NCBI RefSeq assembly: GCF_028641065.1
Contig: NC_073412.1
Location: forward strand, 11,718,001 to 11,782,000
DNA from: Leucoraja erinacea
Lineage: Eukaryota
DNA length: 64,000 nucleotides
Direction: 5' to 3'
Part shown: positions 11,314-24,763 of the stretch, piece by piece
Numbering within the stretch: position 1 is the first letter of the stretch
Layout: every line of letters begins with the position of its first letter
The notes under the pieces: generated by a model
Database searches by the model: none
Told to the model about the DNA's origin: nothing
Seen by the model: only the letters and a program-made list of their open reading frames with translations
Translations under genes and position numbers: made by a program

Positions 11314-13444
11314 CTGTCAAAACACAACATAAATAGACCAGTTATGAGAATGCACAAGATTTAAACATTTCCACGTCTGCGCAGTCTTGTGGCAACATCT
11401 CAAAGCCAGAAACCCAGGTTCAATCCTGACCTTGTGTGCTGTCTGTGTGGAGTTTGCACATTCTCCATGAGATTTTCCTAGGTGTGGCAGTTTCCTCCCA
11501 CCTCCCAAAGACATGCAACTGAGGTTAATCGCCCCTTGTAAATTTCCCTTGGTATTTAGGCAAGTGTATGGGAAGAGCTGTTGGGAATATGTGGCATTAT
11601 TGCAGCTGTAATGAGGGGATGGAGGAGCTAGGTCTGTTCTTCCTGAAGCAGAGGTGAATAAGAAGATGCATGATCGAGGCATACATAAATATAAGAAACA
11701 TAGATAGAGTGAAGACTAAAGGAAAAATTCCCATCTGATGTAAATAAGACTAGAGAACTGGGATTAGGGTAATAGGGAAGAGAATTAGAGGAGATTCTTG
11801 TGTAGGTAGGAACTGCAGATGCCGATTTAAATCAACAATAGACACAAAATTCTGTAACACAGGACAGGCAGCATCTCTGGAGAGAAGGAATGTGTGACGT
11901 TTCTCCAAACTTCTTCTGGTCATGAACTTCATATTTCTCAGCATTAAATTTCACCTGCCTTCCATCTCTCCAGACCACCAGCTTGTCTATATCTCCTTGA
12001 AGGGTATCATGACCTGCATCAGGTTACTAAGCCTCCAAGGTTTGGGTCTTCCATCAACAATGGAAATGTGTGCCCTGTGCGTTCAAGTCAGTAAGAAAAA
12101 CAGTAGCCACAGCTCCAACTCACAAGAAGCCTCACTGTACACTTCAGCCCAGAAAACCCCTTTACAACAACCGTCTCTGTTCATTATCTGAACAAAGGGG
12201 ATGAATATAAAAACATCTGGATTATAATTTCTCCTGCCTCAATCTCCTTCGACACCCACACCTAATTTCATAACTGTCTTCCCTTTCACTGGTAGAAGTT
12301 CACACATATATGGGCCTGATTCAAAGGAAAGGTTAGTCTCCAAACTTGAGAATGGAGACAAGATTCCAGATTAAACGTTTCATTGGAACTATAGTGCTTG
12401 AGACAATGAAGTAGACAATGCCCAAACCATCACACAAATCAACCCTCCCTTCCTTTGACTCCATTTAAACCTCACACATCCTGGGCAGGACTAGCAGCAT
12501 AATCAAGGAATAGTCGCACCCTGGCCACTCCCATTCTATCGGGTAAAAGGTATGCAAGTGTAAAAACACACACCTCCAGATTCAGGGACAGTTTATTCCC
12601 AGCTATTATCGGGCAACTGAACAATTGTATCATAACTAGAGAGCAGTCCTGAGCTACTACCTACCTCACTGGAGACACTCGGACTATCTTTGATAGGACT
12701 AACTGGTTTTATAGAGTCATAGAGTGACACAGCTTGGAAACATGCCCTTTGGCCTAACTTGCCCACACCGGCCAACATCTCCCAGCTACACTAGTCCCAC
12801 CTGCCCGCGTTTTGTCCAAACCCACCATAACTGTTGCTTAAATGTTGGGATAGTCCCAGCCTCAAATACCTCCTGTGGGACCTTGTTCCATACACCCACC
12901 ACCCTTTGTGTGAAAATGTGATCCCTCAGATTCCTATTAAATCTTTTCCCCTTCACCGTAAACCTGTGTCCACTGGTCCTCGATTCACGTACTCTGGGCA
13001 AGAGATTCTGTGCATGTACCCGATCTATTCCTCTCATGATTTAAAAAACAAAATCTCGCACTAAACGTTATTGACATTATTCCCTTTATCGTGTATCTGT
13101 ACATTGTGAATGGCTTGATTGTAATTATGTATTGTCTTTCGGTGGCGTCTTGTCTTTCGTATTGTATGGTCTTTTGGTCAAGTGGTGTTGGCTCGAAGGG
13201 CCGAATGGCCTCCTCCTGTTTTCTATGTTTCCACTGACTGGTTAGCACGCAACAAAAGCTTTTCTTTGTACTCAGTACATGTGACAATAAACGAACCCAT
13301 CTGATGTGCTCGGCCAAATAGTGGTTATCCAACTCGAGGGTCTAATTGTAAACCAGAGCCCCTACATATCAACTTTCAATACCATTCAGCTGTTTATTTG
13401 TTTAAAATCACAATTTATTTTTGAAACAGATTTGTTGTGCCTAC

Positions 13445-13597
13445 CTTTCCCTCTTTAATTGTTTCAAAGCAGGCAGTTTCTATTTTTTTAGCATAGTCAT
13501 GTAGGTCGATGTGTCTCAACATCATCACGGCACTCAGCAGGAGGGCTGTGGGATTTGCCAGGTCCATCCCTGCAATATCTGGTGCGGTACCATGAAC
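13445..13597 (-). CDS. IDH3A: IDH3A exon 10
   Basis: [51 protein letters not shown], 153 bp, AG/GT boundaries. Confidence 0.96.
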
Positions 13598-14329
13598 CTA
13601 ATCAGGGCAAAGAGAACAGAGCAATTAATGAGGTTGGACTTTGGTACACAAGACTCAAATGTTTCTATATATTCTACAATTTCATTATTACAAGTTAGAA
13701 AAACAATCACAATCATTACATCCTAACCGTTTTCAGATGGAGGCCAAGTTCAACTCTACTTTGAGCTCTGAAGTATGAAGGACGACCTACTTTGAGCAAT
13801 GTTGAGCTGCTCCAGAGAATCTATCATTACAATGTTAGGGGACAGTCATTTGAAACAGAGTTGTGTAGGATGTACTTCTCGCAGAATCTGGGATTCTCTC
13901 GCTAGAAGGCAGTGGAGGCTAGATCATTGGAGATATTTAAAGAAGAATTGGATTCAATGTTTGAACGATCAGGGTATATGGGGAAATGGCACAGAAAAGG
14001 AGTTGGGGTTTGTGTTAGAACAGCAATCATACAGTGAATAGCAGGGCAGGCGTGAGGGTCCAAGTGGCCTACACCTGCTATTTTCCAAGTATAAAATGGT
14101 ACTGGAAACATGACACCTCATGTGCTGCCTCAACATAATCTACTATCTTATACTCTCGTACTCAAATATGATTGTGCCTATGTACAGTAAGATTGTTAAT
14201 GACACATAGGGAAAAGAATGTCCCTGCACCTAGGTACACATGATTTTAAAATACCATTAAACCATTGTTCTGCCAGCTGGGAAGACAGCCTGTTGAACCA
14301 GCAGCCTCTGGGACAGGCAGTGATACAAC

Positions 14330-15005
14330 CCAGTTAAACAAGTTTGCTGACAACATCAAAATTGGAGAAGTTGCAGACACCGATGAACAGAGCAAATATC
14401 AATCAGCTGCAAAAATGGGCAGACAAATAACAGCAAGTGGAAGGTGTTGTGCTTTGGGCTGTTGAATGCAAGGAGAGACCCTTAGCAGCATTGATGTGCA
14501 GATAATCTTGGAGCCCAAGTTCATAGCTCAATGAGGTGACAGCACAACAAGATAGGGTGGTAAAGGCAGTGTATGTGATGCTTGCCTTCGTTGCTAGGTA
14601 GATTTGTGCATACTTTCACATTTCCTTTCAAGTCCTCAAATGCTCAGAGATGTATTAAGGGGTTGGGCAGGCTGCAGGAAGATTATTCCCGATGGTGGGG
14701 AAGTCCAGAACAAGGGGTCAGTTTAAGGATAAGAGGGAAGTCTTTTAGGACCGAGATGAGAAAATCATTTTTTACACAGTGGTGAATCTGTGGAATTCTC
14801 CGCCACAGAAGGTAGTTGAGGCCAGTTCATTGACTATATTTAAGAGGGAGTTAGATGTGGCCCTTGTGGCTAAAGGGATCAGGGGGTATGGAGAAACGGC
14901 AGGTGTGGGATACTGAGTTGGATGATCAGCCATGATCATATTGAATGGCGGTGCAGGCTCGAAGGGCCGAATGGCCTACTTCTGCACCTATTTTCTATGT
15001 TTCTA
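14330..15005 (+). mobile_element. CR1 LINE fragments with 3' UTR
   Basis: KFADNIKIG RT motif; 3' end gctcgaagggccgaatggcctacttctgc with (ttctatgt)n tail. Confidence 0.8.
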
Positions 15006-15234
15006 TATTGACCACAGGCTTAAAATGATATAGTGATCCAGTCCCCACAGCCTTGCAGGTTGGAGAATTCCAAATGTTTACTGCACACAGGGGTATAATG
15101 TGACAATCAAAACATCTAAACCTAGAAGCACGGTGGATGCAATTAAAGTCTGGAGCAGCCAGGCGCAGCGAAGAGGGGAAAATATATAAACCTTCTGGAG
15201 CCTTGTGTAGAGTTCCAATGCAAGATACAATTCA

Positions 15235-15438
<204 letters not shown>

Positions 15439-15597
15439 TCATCACAACCCAAGGCTTGAACGTGTAAAGCAGTCTTAGTTCCTGGCCTTGTCTGGTCAAC
15501 CCTGACACCCACTCCAAATCATCCCCTTACTCTCTCCTCGATTTCCTGATGACTGTAACAATGCTGTTCACACCTTGGTATTGAGCTGCAAAATCTA

Positions 15598-15830
15598 ATC
15601 ATTCAATCAGTTTTATTCGTCACTTGCACATAAAGTGCAAGTGAAATGAATTTGCCAGCAGCGGTACAATGAAACAGAACACACAAAAACACAATAAAAA
15701 TTTAACACAAACATCCATCACAGCATTCATCACAGTGGTGGAAGGCACAACATTTGGCCAGTCCTCCTCCATTTGCCCCCGTGGTCGGGACCTCAACCCT
15801 CCACAGCTGCCGCTGCGGGCGTCCAGATGA
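15598..15830 (-). mobile_element. Truncated non-autonomous retroelement (family related to 44938-45823)
   Basis: Shares gccttccaycac...tgatggatgtttrtg body; 3' hairpin cacttgcac-tttat-gtgcaagtg followed by acgaataaa and a (tgat/tgaa) tail. Confidence 0.6.
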
Positions 15831-16929
15831 GTAAAAGTCAATGTAAGTCCTGAATCTAATATCCAGTCGTGCCTTTCCTGCACAAGCCCCCCTCTGACTG
15901 AGAACAGATTACTGATGAATAAGCCATTTGACTAGGGCTCTGTCCATCTCCGGGTATGTTTTGATGATGCCATTTTCCACGTCTGAACCAAGTCTGTTCC
16001 AGTTCCTGTATTTCCGCTCTCATGCTTTTCCTTTCTCACCCAGAATATAAACAAAACAAGATCTTCATCTTTCTATCCAGCTGGAAATATTAATCACCAG
16101 CATCTCCACTGTGATAGCATTGATAGCCATATCTTCCCCTCCCCATCAGCATTCTAATGTAATCACCCAGTCATGCTAGTCCCCCCTTCTTCAATCACCA
16201 TCACCCCCGCCCCCCCTTACATTTCTTCCAACACAAATTGCATACCTGCCCTCATCTCTTCCCTCCCTATGTTTAAGAAAGAACTCCAGATGCTGGAAAA
16301 ATCGAAGGTCGACAATAATGTTGGAGAGGCTCAGCAGGTGAGGCAGCTATGGAGCGAAGAAAACGTCACCTATTCCTTTGCTCCATAGATGAGTTTCTCC
16401 AGCATTTTTACCTCCTCCCTCCCTATAGTCAAGAACTGTATATTAAAGTCCCCAACAATACTACATTCCCTGGATCTGTAAGGAAAGCAGTTTCTTTCAT
16501 ACAATGTTGATTTGGGATGCAATTATCCTGCAAAACCAAGGGAGGCCTCGAGGGGACAGCCAGGAATCCACAGAACTGTCACGTCCCCAAAAATGGGAAA
16601 ACGTTAACACATCGAGCCTGGGGGAACATTGTAGAAACTGTGGGCAAAGACTTGGGTAACAACTTGGAGACTCATAAGATTATGTATAATTATTCTACGT
16701 TCGATGTATTTCATACACTGTCAGTGGTTACAGAAAAAACAGTTTGGTGTATTGAGTCTGCGTGCTCTGATGACCTCATGCAGAGTTGGACTTGTTATGG
16801 CCAGTTACACAATGAGCCCTTTGTAAATCTATCTCTACAATGTTGGCAACCTCACCCCAAACATTCATCAAGAGTGTTCCATACATTTCTCGGGCGCTTC
16901 CTTCTGCTCTCACTTTAATTTCTGACTTT

Positions 16930-17200
16930 AGATTTGAGATACAGCGCGGAAACAGGCCCTTCAGCCCTCCGAGTCCGTACTGACCAGTGATCACACACTA
17001 GGGACAATTTTTACTGCAGCCAATTATCCTACAACTACACATCTTTGGAATGTGGAAGGAAAACAGAGCACCTGGAGTAAACCCATGTGGTCACAGGGAG
17101 AATGTACCAACTCCGTACAGACAGCACCCAGAGTCTGGATTGAACCTGGGTCTCTGGCGCTGCAAGGCAGTAACTCCAATGCTACACCACTGTGCTGCTT
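16930..17200 (-). mobile_element. HE1/V-type tRNA-derived SINE
   Basis: Reverse complement of the gggtgctgtctgtacggagtt...ctccctgtgaccacatgggtt V-SINE core. Confidence 0.8.
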
Positions 17201-17754
17201 TCTGGACTAATGTTTCTGATGGAGACCCCTTACCCAAAGCTAATGACACTCAAGGAGAGCCACTCAACATCGATTAGATAAATCATGATCCACCAGATCT
17301 TCAAGTTTCAGGAAAGGACTTTTCTACTCTCACATACACCTTCTCTGACCGATCATTTCTGTCTGTTTGGCCAAATAGCCACTGCATTTACCATATCATC
17401 TCTCCTATCATTACTCTATACTGATCCCATTTGTTCTCCCCGTCAGTTCTTCTTCTTTCGTGTGGCATACACAGCCTAAAGTTGTTGGATAATTTGTTCT
17501 ATTTGATCTTCCGTTTGTGCACGTCAAGTTGATTGCATTAGTCGAAACAGGGCGGACCACGTGAAAGTTGCAATCTCCCCCCCCCACCGTCAGTTTACAA
17601 CTTGTAATTCCTTTTATTTTGTCCAGATTGTTTCTGAAAGATCACCGACCTCTCTTTCTCCACACATGCTACCTGACACCAGTATAGGGCACTTTGGTTA
17701 CCAGCAATTATTGTGCAAGAATTATCGCTACCTTGGTGTCAACAGATTTTACAC

Positions 17755-18030
17755 AAACGGTGGCGCAGTGGTAGAGATGCTGCCTTGCAGCGCCAGAGTC
17801 CCGAGTTCGACCCCGACTACGGGAGCTGTCTGTACGGAGTTTGTACATTTCCCCCTTGACCACGTGGGTATTCTCCGAGATCCTCGGTTTCCTCCCACAC
17901 TCCAAGACATACAGGTTTGTAGGTTAATTAGTTGGTGTATGTGTAAATTGTCACTAGTGTGAGTAGGATAGTGTTGATGTGCGGGGTGATGACTCAGTGG
18001 GCCTGTTTCCGCGCTGTATCTAACTAAACA
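17755..18030 (+). mobile_element. HE1/V-type tRNA-derived SINE
   Basis: A box ggtggcgcagtgg, B box gagttcgaccc, V-domain ctcggtttcctcccacactcca, CR1-like 3' tail. Further copies at about 11390, 20725, 34600(-), 46650, 50920(-), 62730 and 63938. Confidence 0.88.
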
Positions 18031-18245
18031 ATATCCACTTGTCAACTATATATCGGATTGAATGAAACATGCTCGTGAGTATGACATCATCCACTGTTGC
18101 CAGCCTCTGACTCCCAGAGAATGTCAAGCCCTATGAGCTGTGTGGTATTAGGCAGAGGACAAGAATTTCCTTCTAAAGGGCATGGAAACAGCATGCGCAC
18201 ACTGTGTAAAGATAGCATTTAGATGTCCATCCTGGAATTACCAAC

Positions 18246-18310
18246 CTTAAGATGTCACCGTAGAGGTTGGGCATTACAAGGACGTCAAACTGCGACGGGT
18301 CCTGCACCAT
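18246..18310 (-). CDS. IDH3A: IDH3A exon 8
   Basis: [21 protein letters not shown](S), 65 bp, contains the isocitrate/isopropylmalate dehydrogenase signature. Confidence 0.96.
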
Positions 18311-18407
18311 CTGAGAAAGGAACAGAATATTTGAAAGCGTGAAAATCCGACACTGTGGATTTCATTTTAAGCCTCAAAACAGTCAATTTCAAAGTCACGA
18401 CACTTAC

Positions 18408-18510
18408 GTTAAGACAGACTGTATCCAAGTACATTTCATTAAACTTGACATCGTGACAGTTTTCCGCCACTTCCCTGCATTTCCTCAGGAACAGACCATC
18501 CGACATTCGC
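18408..18510 (-). CDS. IDH3A: IDH3A exon 7
   Basis: (M)[34 protein letters not shown], 103 bp, gcag/gtaagt. Confidence 0.96.
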
Positions 18511-19129
18511 CTGCAACACACATTCACATAGTATTGAGTACAGAGCTGTCAACTGAACTAATAAGCTTCAGATTCATATACATATACAGCTGTACGTAGA
18601 GGCCATGGTCAAACATAGAGCAGAGTTTTGACCATAGCTATAACAGTTTTGCACATATAAAATGTCAGAGCCAAACAACTTGAGTGCAATGAAGTATGTT
18701 TTTAAATTCATTCATTTGCCATTGGAAAGGCCAGCTTTTATCTGGCCTTTTAGGATGGCAGAGGTCACGTTTGGGACATGGTGCCAATTCACCTTTTGTT
18801 TCAGTTACTACTTATATACAGCCAACACAGTATTCCTCATGTCTCCTGGATTGCAACTTTGGAGCTGCGTCATCAGATAAGTGATCAGTGTACATCACAC
18901 TTCTAGTACAATCCTTGCAGGTGGTGATAAGACATCCCAGGACAACATTACCAAGTTAGCCTCAGCGCTTTGTTCTAAACCTAAATATCTTCAGCAGTTA
19001 CCTCCAATGCAAAAGTAATTTGCTGGCGATTGCTCAGAATTCAATTTCTCACACCTCGTAGCGTATCAGTCACACCAAGCACCAATCACAGCTTGTTGCT
19101 GCATAGGATTGCAGACGGATGGATACATT

Positions 19130-19430
19130 GGCAGCGCAATGGTGCAGCTGGTAGAGCAGCTGCCTCACAGCGCCAGAGACCTGGGTGTGATCCTGACCTC
19201 GGCTGCTGTCTGTGTGGAGTTTGCAGGTTCTCCCTGTGACTGCATGGGTTTCCTCCGGGTGCTCCGATTTCCTCCCACATCTCAAAGACGTGTGGATTTG
19301 TAGGTTAACTGGCCTCTGTAAAGTGTAGGGAAAATGGAATAATATAGAACTAGTGTGAACAGGTGATCAATGGTCAGCATAGACTCGGTGGGCCAATGGG
19401 CCCGTTTCCATGCTACAAGTCTAAACTAAA
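19130..19430 (+). mobile_element. HE1/V-type tRNA-derived SINE
   Basis: ggtagagcagctgcctcacagcgccagagacctggg...gctgtctgtgtggagtttgca...ctccgatttcctcccacatc. Confidence 0.88.
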
Positions 19431-22400
19431 GTTAGGCTCAAACTAATTGATAAGAAATAATTATATTTCACAATGGTCGGATACTATACTTTCTACAAAT
19501 AGGAGCTCACCACCTCCCTAACAGAATTAATTAATTTCCACTGTCTAATCTCTACCAATGTATCAACGACTAGAAATTTAACAGCAAAGATTTGCAGTGA
19601 ATGGATCATGTAGTCAGATGAGATTAGTTTGGCACAGACATTGTGGGCCGAAGAGCTGTCTGCTCTGTGTTTTATGTTCTATGAGTCACCCAAATACTGT
19701 GGCTCCAAGAGCATTTGAGAGGTGATTTTGTAGCAGACAACTCGCCTCAACTCTCAAATGACATTTCCACCATCAGCAAGTTAACAACAATAAAAAGCAA
19801 GTCCTTGCATCATCCAGGACACAAACAGCCCACTCATTCATAGCCTTACATGCCTCAATCAAACCCCCAGATACCAACAAGACCCCTCCTAATCTAGGAT
19901 GCACATAGACGAGGAGGAGGAGAAAGTGGACAATGTGAACTGGTATGTGGCCAAACCACCACGGCTTACCAACCCATCCAAGATAGACACACTTAGAAAT
20001 GTTTTAGAAAATTAATTTTCAGGGGCTAGCACTGCCTGCAAGTCCAGTATTCATTGCCTAGCTCCAACTGCCCTCAGGAGCGTAGTTACAAGCCACTGTC
20101 TCAAACCCCTGCTGTCCTTCCAGTGAAGTGCTGTTATGTAGGCAATGCTAGAGTTTAGACCCCATGGTATATTTCCAAGACCCAGATACTGTGTGATAGT
20201 AGGTGGTGACATTCCCCTCCTTCTGCTGCCCTCGTCCTTTTAGTGGCAGACATTGCCATGTGAGAGGTGCTATTCGAGTACCCTGGTGAGTAACTGAAGT
20301 GGATTTGTGGATGGTACACGTCGCAACCACTGTATCAGCAGGGCACAGATTCTTCCTCCCAGTTTGAATGTCCCCTGGCTTCTCCAATTTTCTCCTTTGT
20401 ATAAACATTGTGTGAACTGTCTATTGTAAATTACCCCCTGTGAAGCTTGACAGCTTAAAAGAAATGGGGGAAGAGGCCGGTATTTGATGGGTATAAAAGA
20501 ATGGGTTACAGGGAAACAAGAGGGGAGTGGGCTTGATGGGAACGGACCAGTGGTAGCTATACATGAGTGACCTGTTTCATAGTAATCGACTCTGCTATTT
20601 GTTCCCAGTTGGGCATCAAACACCATGTGAGTAATTTCTGCAGTGGTGTCCTGTGGATAAGGTGACGGATCTCTGACAACCATCTTCCTTTATACAAGTT
20701 ATGACTATCAAGTCAAGACTGACTTTATGGTGGCACAGAGGTACATCTGGTAGAGCTGCTGCCCCACAGCACCAGAGATCCTGATTCAATCCTGAACTTG
20801 GGTGCTGTCTATGTGGAGTTTGCACTTCACCATGACTGCAAGAGTTTCCTCTGGGTGCTCCGGTTTCCTCCCACATCCCAAAGACGCGTGGATTTGTAGA
20901 CAGCAACAAGGACTAATGGGATCCAGAAACTACTAACACAGAAACCAAACTAGGCAGTGAGTAGGTCTAATCATCATGCAGGTGCCACTGTCACACCTGG
21001 GAACCGATCCAAAGGGCAATCACGCTATCCATGTTATTTTCCAGAGGTGACCAAGACAGCACGACTGGAATCCCGCTGAGTAGGACAGCCCTCCAGAACT
21101 GTGCCCTATCCATGTTTTTGGTAAACCAGCATCTGCAGAACCTTGTGTAAACCAGCTTGCAGTTCCTTGTGTCTCCACTTGAGAGCACTGTTGATACAGC
21201 TTTCATTGTTTAGCTCACGATTGAGGTTAGAGTAATTTAATGTCAATTAGTTAGAACGGATAATTGTTTGTGAACAAGCGTTGTGAATTTTCACACACTG
21301 CTCGGTGGAGTACCACCTAGTCCTCCGCTCCATAGATGATGCCTCACCCGCTGAGTTTCTCCAGCATGTTTGTCTACCTTTGATTTTTCCAGCATCTGCA
21401 GATCCGAAACATCACCTATTCCTTTGCTCCATAGATGCTGCCTCACCCGCTGAGCTTCTCCAGCATTTTTGTCTACCATCGATTGTTCCAGCATCTGTAG
21501 TTCTTTCTTAAACAACCTACTGCACCCAATCCCATTTACTGAATGATTCGCAATTTAAAATCTCAATCTTCTTTTCTCCCTCTCCAACTCTTGCACTAGT
21601 TTCTTCTGCAAACATCCCAACAATCACTGACACTCCCTCACCCACTTTATTTTCCGACACTTTGTCATGGCCATGCTGAGATTCCCATCATATTCCACAT
21701 CTCTCTCCCTCAGTTCACTAGCCTTTAGTTCACACACCTACTGCACCAATTCAGTAGGCGAGGTCTTCATCTGAATTAAATTGTCAGCGATCTAACCAGC
21801 TGCCCTTCATATTCAGTGACATTACCATTGCTGAATCCCCAATATCAACATACTGGGATCACCACTGAAGCTCCACAAGTCCAGCCACAAAAGGACCAGG
21901 GCTTCAAGAGCAGACTAGAGGTTGAACCTCCTGCTGAGAGGGAGTCACCATCTCCCCCCCGCAGATCCTCTCATCATTTACATGGCACGTCAGTTTGCTG
22001 GGTAATACTCCGCGATTGCCTGGATGAGGGCCGTTCCAGCAACATTAAAAAACTCGGATAATTCAGTCTGCTTGATGGCATTGTATTCACCCAGACAAAC
22101 AATATACAGATTTGAAATTGATCACTGCTCCTTCATTCAAAACACAAAGTACCGGAGGAACTCAGCAGGTCAGACAGTACCTGCGGAGGGAATGGGTATT
22201 AAGCTGATCACAGAGGATACCAGTAGCGCCCATTCCCTCCACAGATGCTGACTGACACGCTGAGCTCCTCAGGCACTTTGTGATTTGATGGATTCCAGCA
22301 TCGGCAGTTCCTTGTACCTCTATTTCATTGTTCCTTCACGTCGGTCAGTCTAAATTCAGGAGGTTTTAACCAGAGAAGGTTTTAAATACAAGCTGCTCCC

Positions 22401-22440
22401 AAGTCCTCCTTCCCAATTAAACAAATCCATTTCCACTTAC

Positions 22441-22574
22441 ATGATGTTGGCTTTGTGCACAGCTGTCACCCTTTTCCTGTTATTGTTCCTTGAATATTCA
22501 AATGCAAACTCTGCAATCCGCCTGCTGGCATTCTCTGTGATCAGCTTAATACTTTGGACCACGCCATCGACAAT
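22441..22574 (-). CDS. IDH3A: IDH3A exon 6
   Basis: [44 protein letters not shown](M), 134 bp, gcag/gtaagt. Confidence 0.96.
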
Positions 22575-22668
22575 CTGCAACATGGGCATAGAGGCACAAC
22601 AAGTTAACAAACCACTCGCTCAATCAAGCTGCTTTGATTCAATAAGGGATAACAATTCTGGAAGCTCA

Positions 22669-22966
22669 AGGCCCTGTCCCACTTTCCCGACTTACTCACG
22701 AACTCTCCCGAGTTTTCCCCTTGATTCGAACTCGGGGAATGTCGGTAGCGAGCTCGTAAGAGTCCGTAGCGGCTCGTAATGCCAGCCGTAGAAACTCGGG
22801 GCATCAGGTAAGTCGGGAAATTTTTTTAACATGTTGAAAAATGTCCACGAGTTAAAAAAATAGCCCCGAGTGCCTACGAATGGCTATTACCGTAATTCTC
22901 CGAGTTTGAATCAAGGAGAGAACTCGGGAGAGTTCATGAGTAACTCGGGAAAGTGGGAAAGGGTCT
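22669..22966. mobile_element. MITE with ~70-bp terminal inverted repeats, probably PIF/Harbinger
   Basis: aggccctgtcccactttcccga...actcggggaat pairs with attctccgagt...tcgggaaagtgggaaagggtct; flanked by TCA/TAA, resembling a TWA target site. Confidence 0.8.
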
Positions 22967-23189
22967 TAAGTAACAGCTGGATCAGAAAAAGCATCCTCTT
23001 ACCTAGTTTGACATCTACTTGCATACAAAAAGCAAGATGCAATTTTCCAAGGATGTTGAGAAGGACAGTAAATATTAATTGCATTAAAAGCATTTGAGCT
23101 GCACCAGGCATTACACCAGAGCACCATTCATTCAGTTTGCTCCTTATATCCACCGGCACACTTTACTCGAGGAGGACATTAAATGACAT

Positions 23190-24430
23190 TCTGGACGCCA
23201 TCACAGTAGCTCTCCACTCTGTGCTGAGCCATCTGGAGCAGGGGCAGAGCTACGTCCGGATGCTCTTTGTGGATTTTAGTTCAGCCTTTAATACAATCAT
23301 TCCGGACATTCTCATTGGTAAACTGGTCACTCTCGGCCTCCCCACTGTCACATGTGCCTGGATAAAGGATTTCCTCACCAACCGGCCCCAGACTGTGAGA
23401 CTCGGCCCCCACCTCTCCTCCACTCGCAGGTTGAGTACCGGTTCCCCACAGGGCTGTGTGCTAAGCCCCCTCTTATACTGTCTCTACACCTACGACTGTA
23501 GTCCGGCCCACAACAACAACCGCATCGTCAAATTTGCTGACGACACTACTGTGGTCGGACTTATTTCGAAGGGAGACGAGACAGCCTACAGAGAGGAAGT
23601 CCTGAAGTTGACAACCTGGTGCTCAGAAAACAATCTGGCTCTGAACACCAGGGAAACAAAAGAGCTCATTGTCGACTTCAGGAGGCACAGCACCGACTTA
23701 GCCCCCCTACACATCAACGGCGAGTGTGTGGAGAGGGTCAACACCTTCCGGTTTCTCGGCGTCCATATCGCTGCTGACATCTCCTGGACGGACAACACGA
23801 CAGCGGTCATCAAGAAGGCTCAGCAGCGGCTGCACTTCCTGAGGGTCCTCAGGAAGCACAACCTGGACTCTAACCTGCTGCTGACCTTCTACCGCTCGTC
23901 CATCGAGAGCCTGCTGACATACTGCATTACAGCATGGTATGGCAGACAGGGAGAGGCTTCAGAGGGTAACCAGGACAGCGCAGAGGATCATTGGCTGCCC
24001 CTCTCCCCTCCCTGATGGACATCTACACCTCCCGCTGCCTTAGCAGGGCAAAGAAGATCATCAAAGACAGCTCCCATCCTGCGTTTGGACTGTTCGACCT
24101 GCTGCCCTCTGGAAGGCGCTATAGGTGCATCAAATCCAGGACAAACAGACTCAGGAATAGTTGCTTTCCGAGAATTATAACTACTATAAATTCAAATTCA
24201 CACATGCACTGACTACACCGCCCAACACGGACTTCCATCTGTATATATGTATGTATGTATGTATGTAGCGCCGCAGAAATTGTGCACCTATTCCAACCCC
24301 CATCTCCCTTCTGTTTTTTGTTTTTTCTGTTACTTGTTTTTTGTGCTAAATTGTATGTACGCACTGAGTACGAGCAGCTTTCAGTTTCACTGTACATGTA
24401 TAGTGACAATAAATGGCATATCTATATCTA
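23190..24430 (+). mobile_element. Rex1/Babar LINE, 5'-truncated, well-preserved RT
   Basis: [45 protein letters not shown] and LLPSGRRY motifs; ends in tgacaataaa plus (tcta)n. Confidence 0.93.
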
Positions 24431-24493
24431 TCTATCTATTTCTCTCAGCCCATAATGTGCTGAAGCACTTTCCACTGCCCCAATGGCATCTCA

Positions 24494-24763
24494 GACGACA
24501 GATAGCACAATGGGCTAAGAGTTCGGCTGGCGACCGGAAGGTAGCCGGTTCAAATCCCGCTTGGAGTGCATACTGTCGTTGTGTCCTTGGGCAAGACACT
24601 TCACCCACCTTTGCCTGTAATGGAATGTTACGGCGGCAGGCGCGGGCACACCGCGACGCCCTGTGTCTCCCTTTCAAGGGAGATGCTAAAAATGCATTTC
24701 GTTGTCTCTGTACTGTACACTGACAATGACAATAAATTGAATCATTTCATTTCATTTCATTTC
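24494..24763 (+). mobile_element. tRNA-derived SINE with CORE-like domain and Rex1-type 3' tail
   Basis: A box tagcacaatgg, B box ggttcaaatcc, central gttgtgtccttgggcaagacacttcacc, tail caatgacaataaa plus (catt)n. Confidence 0.8.
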
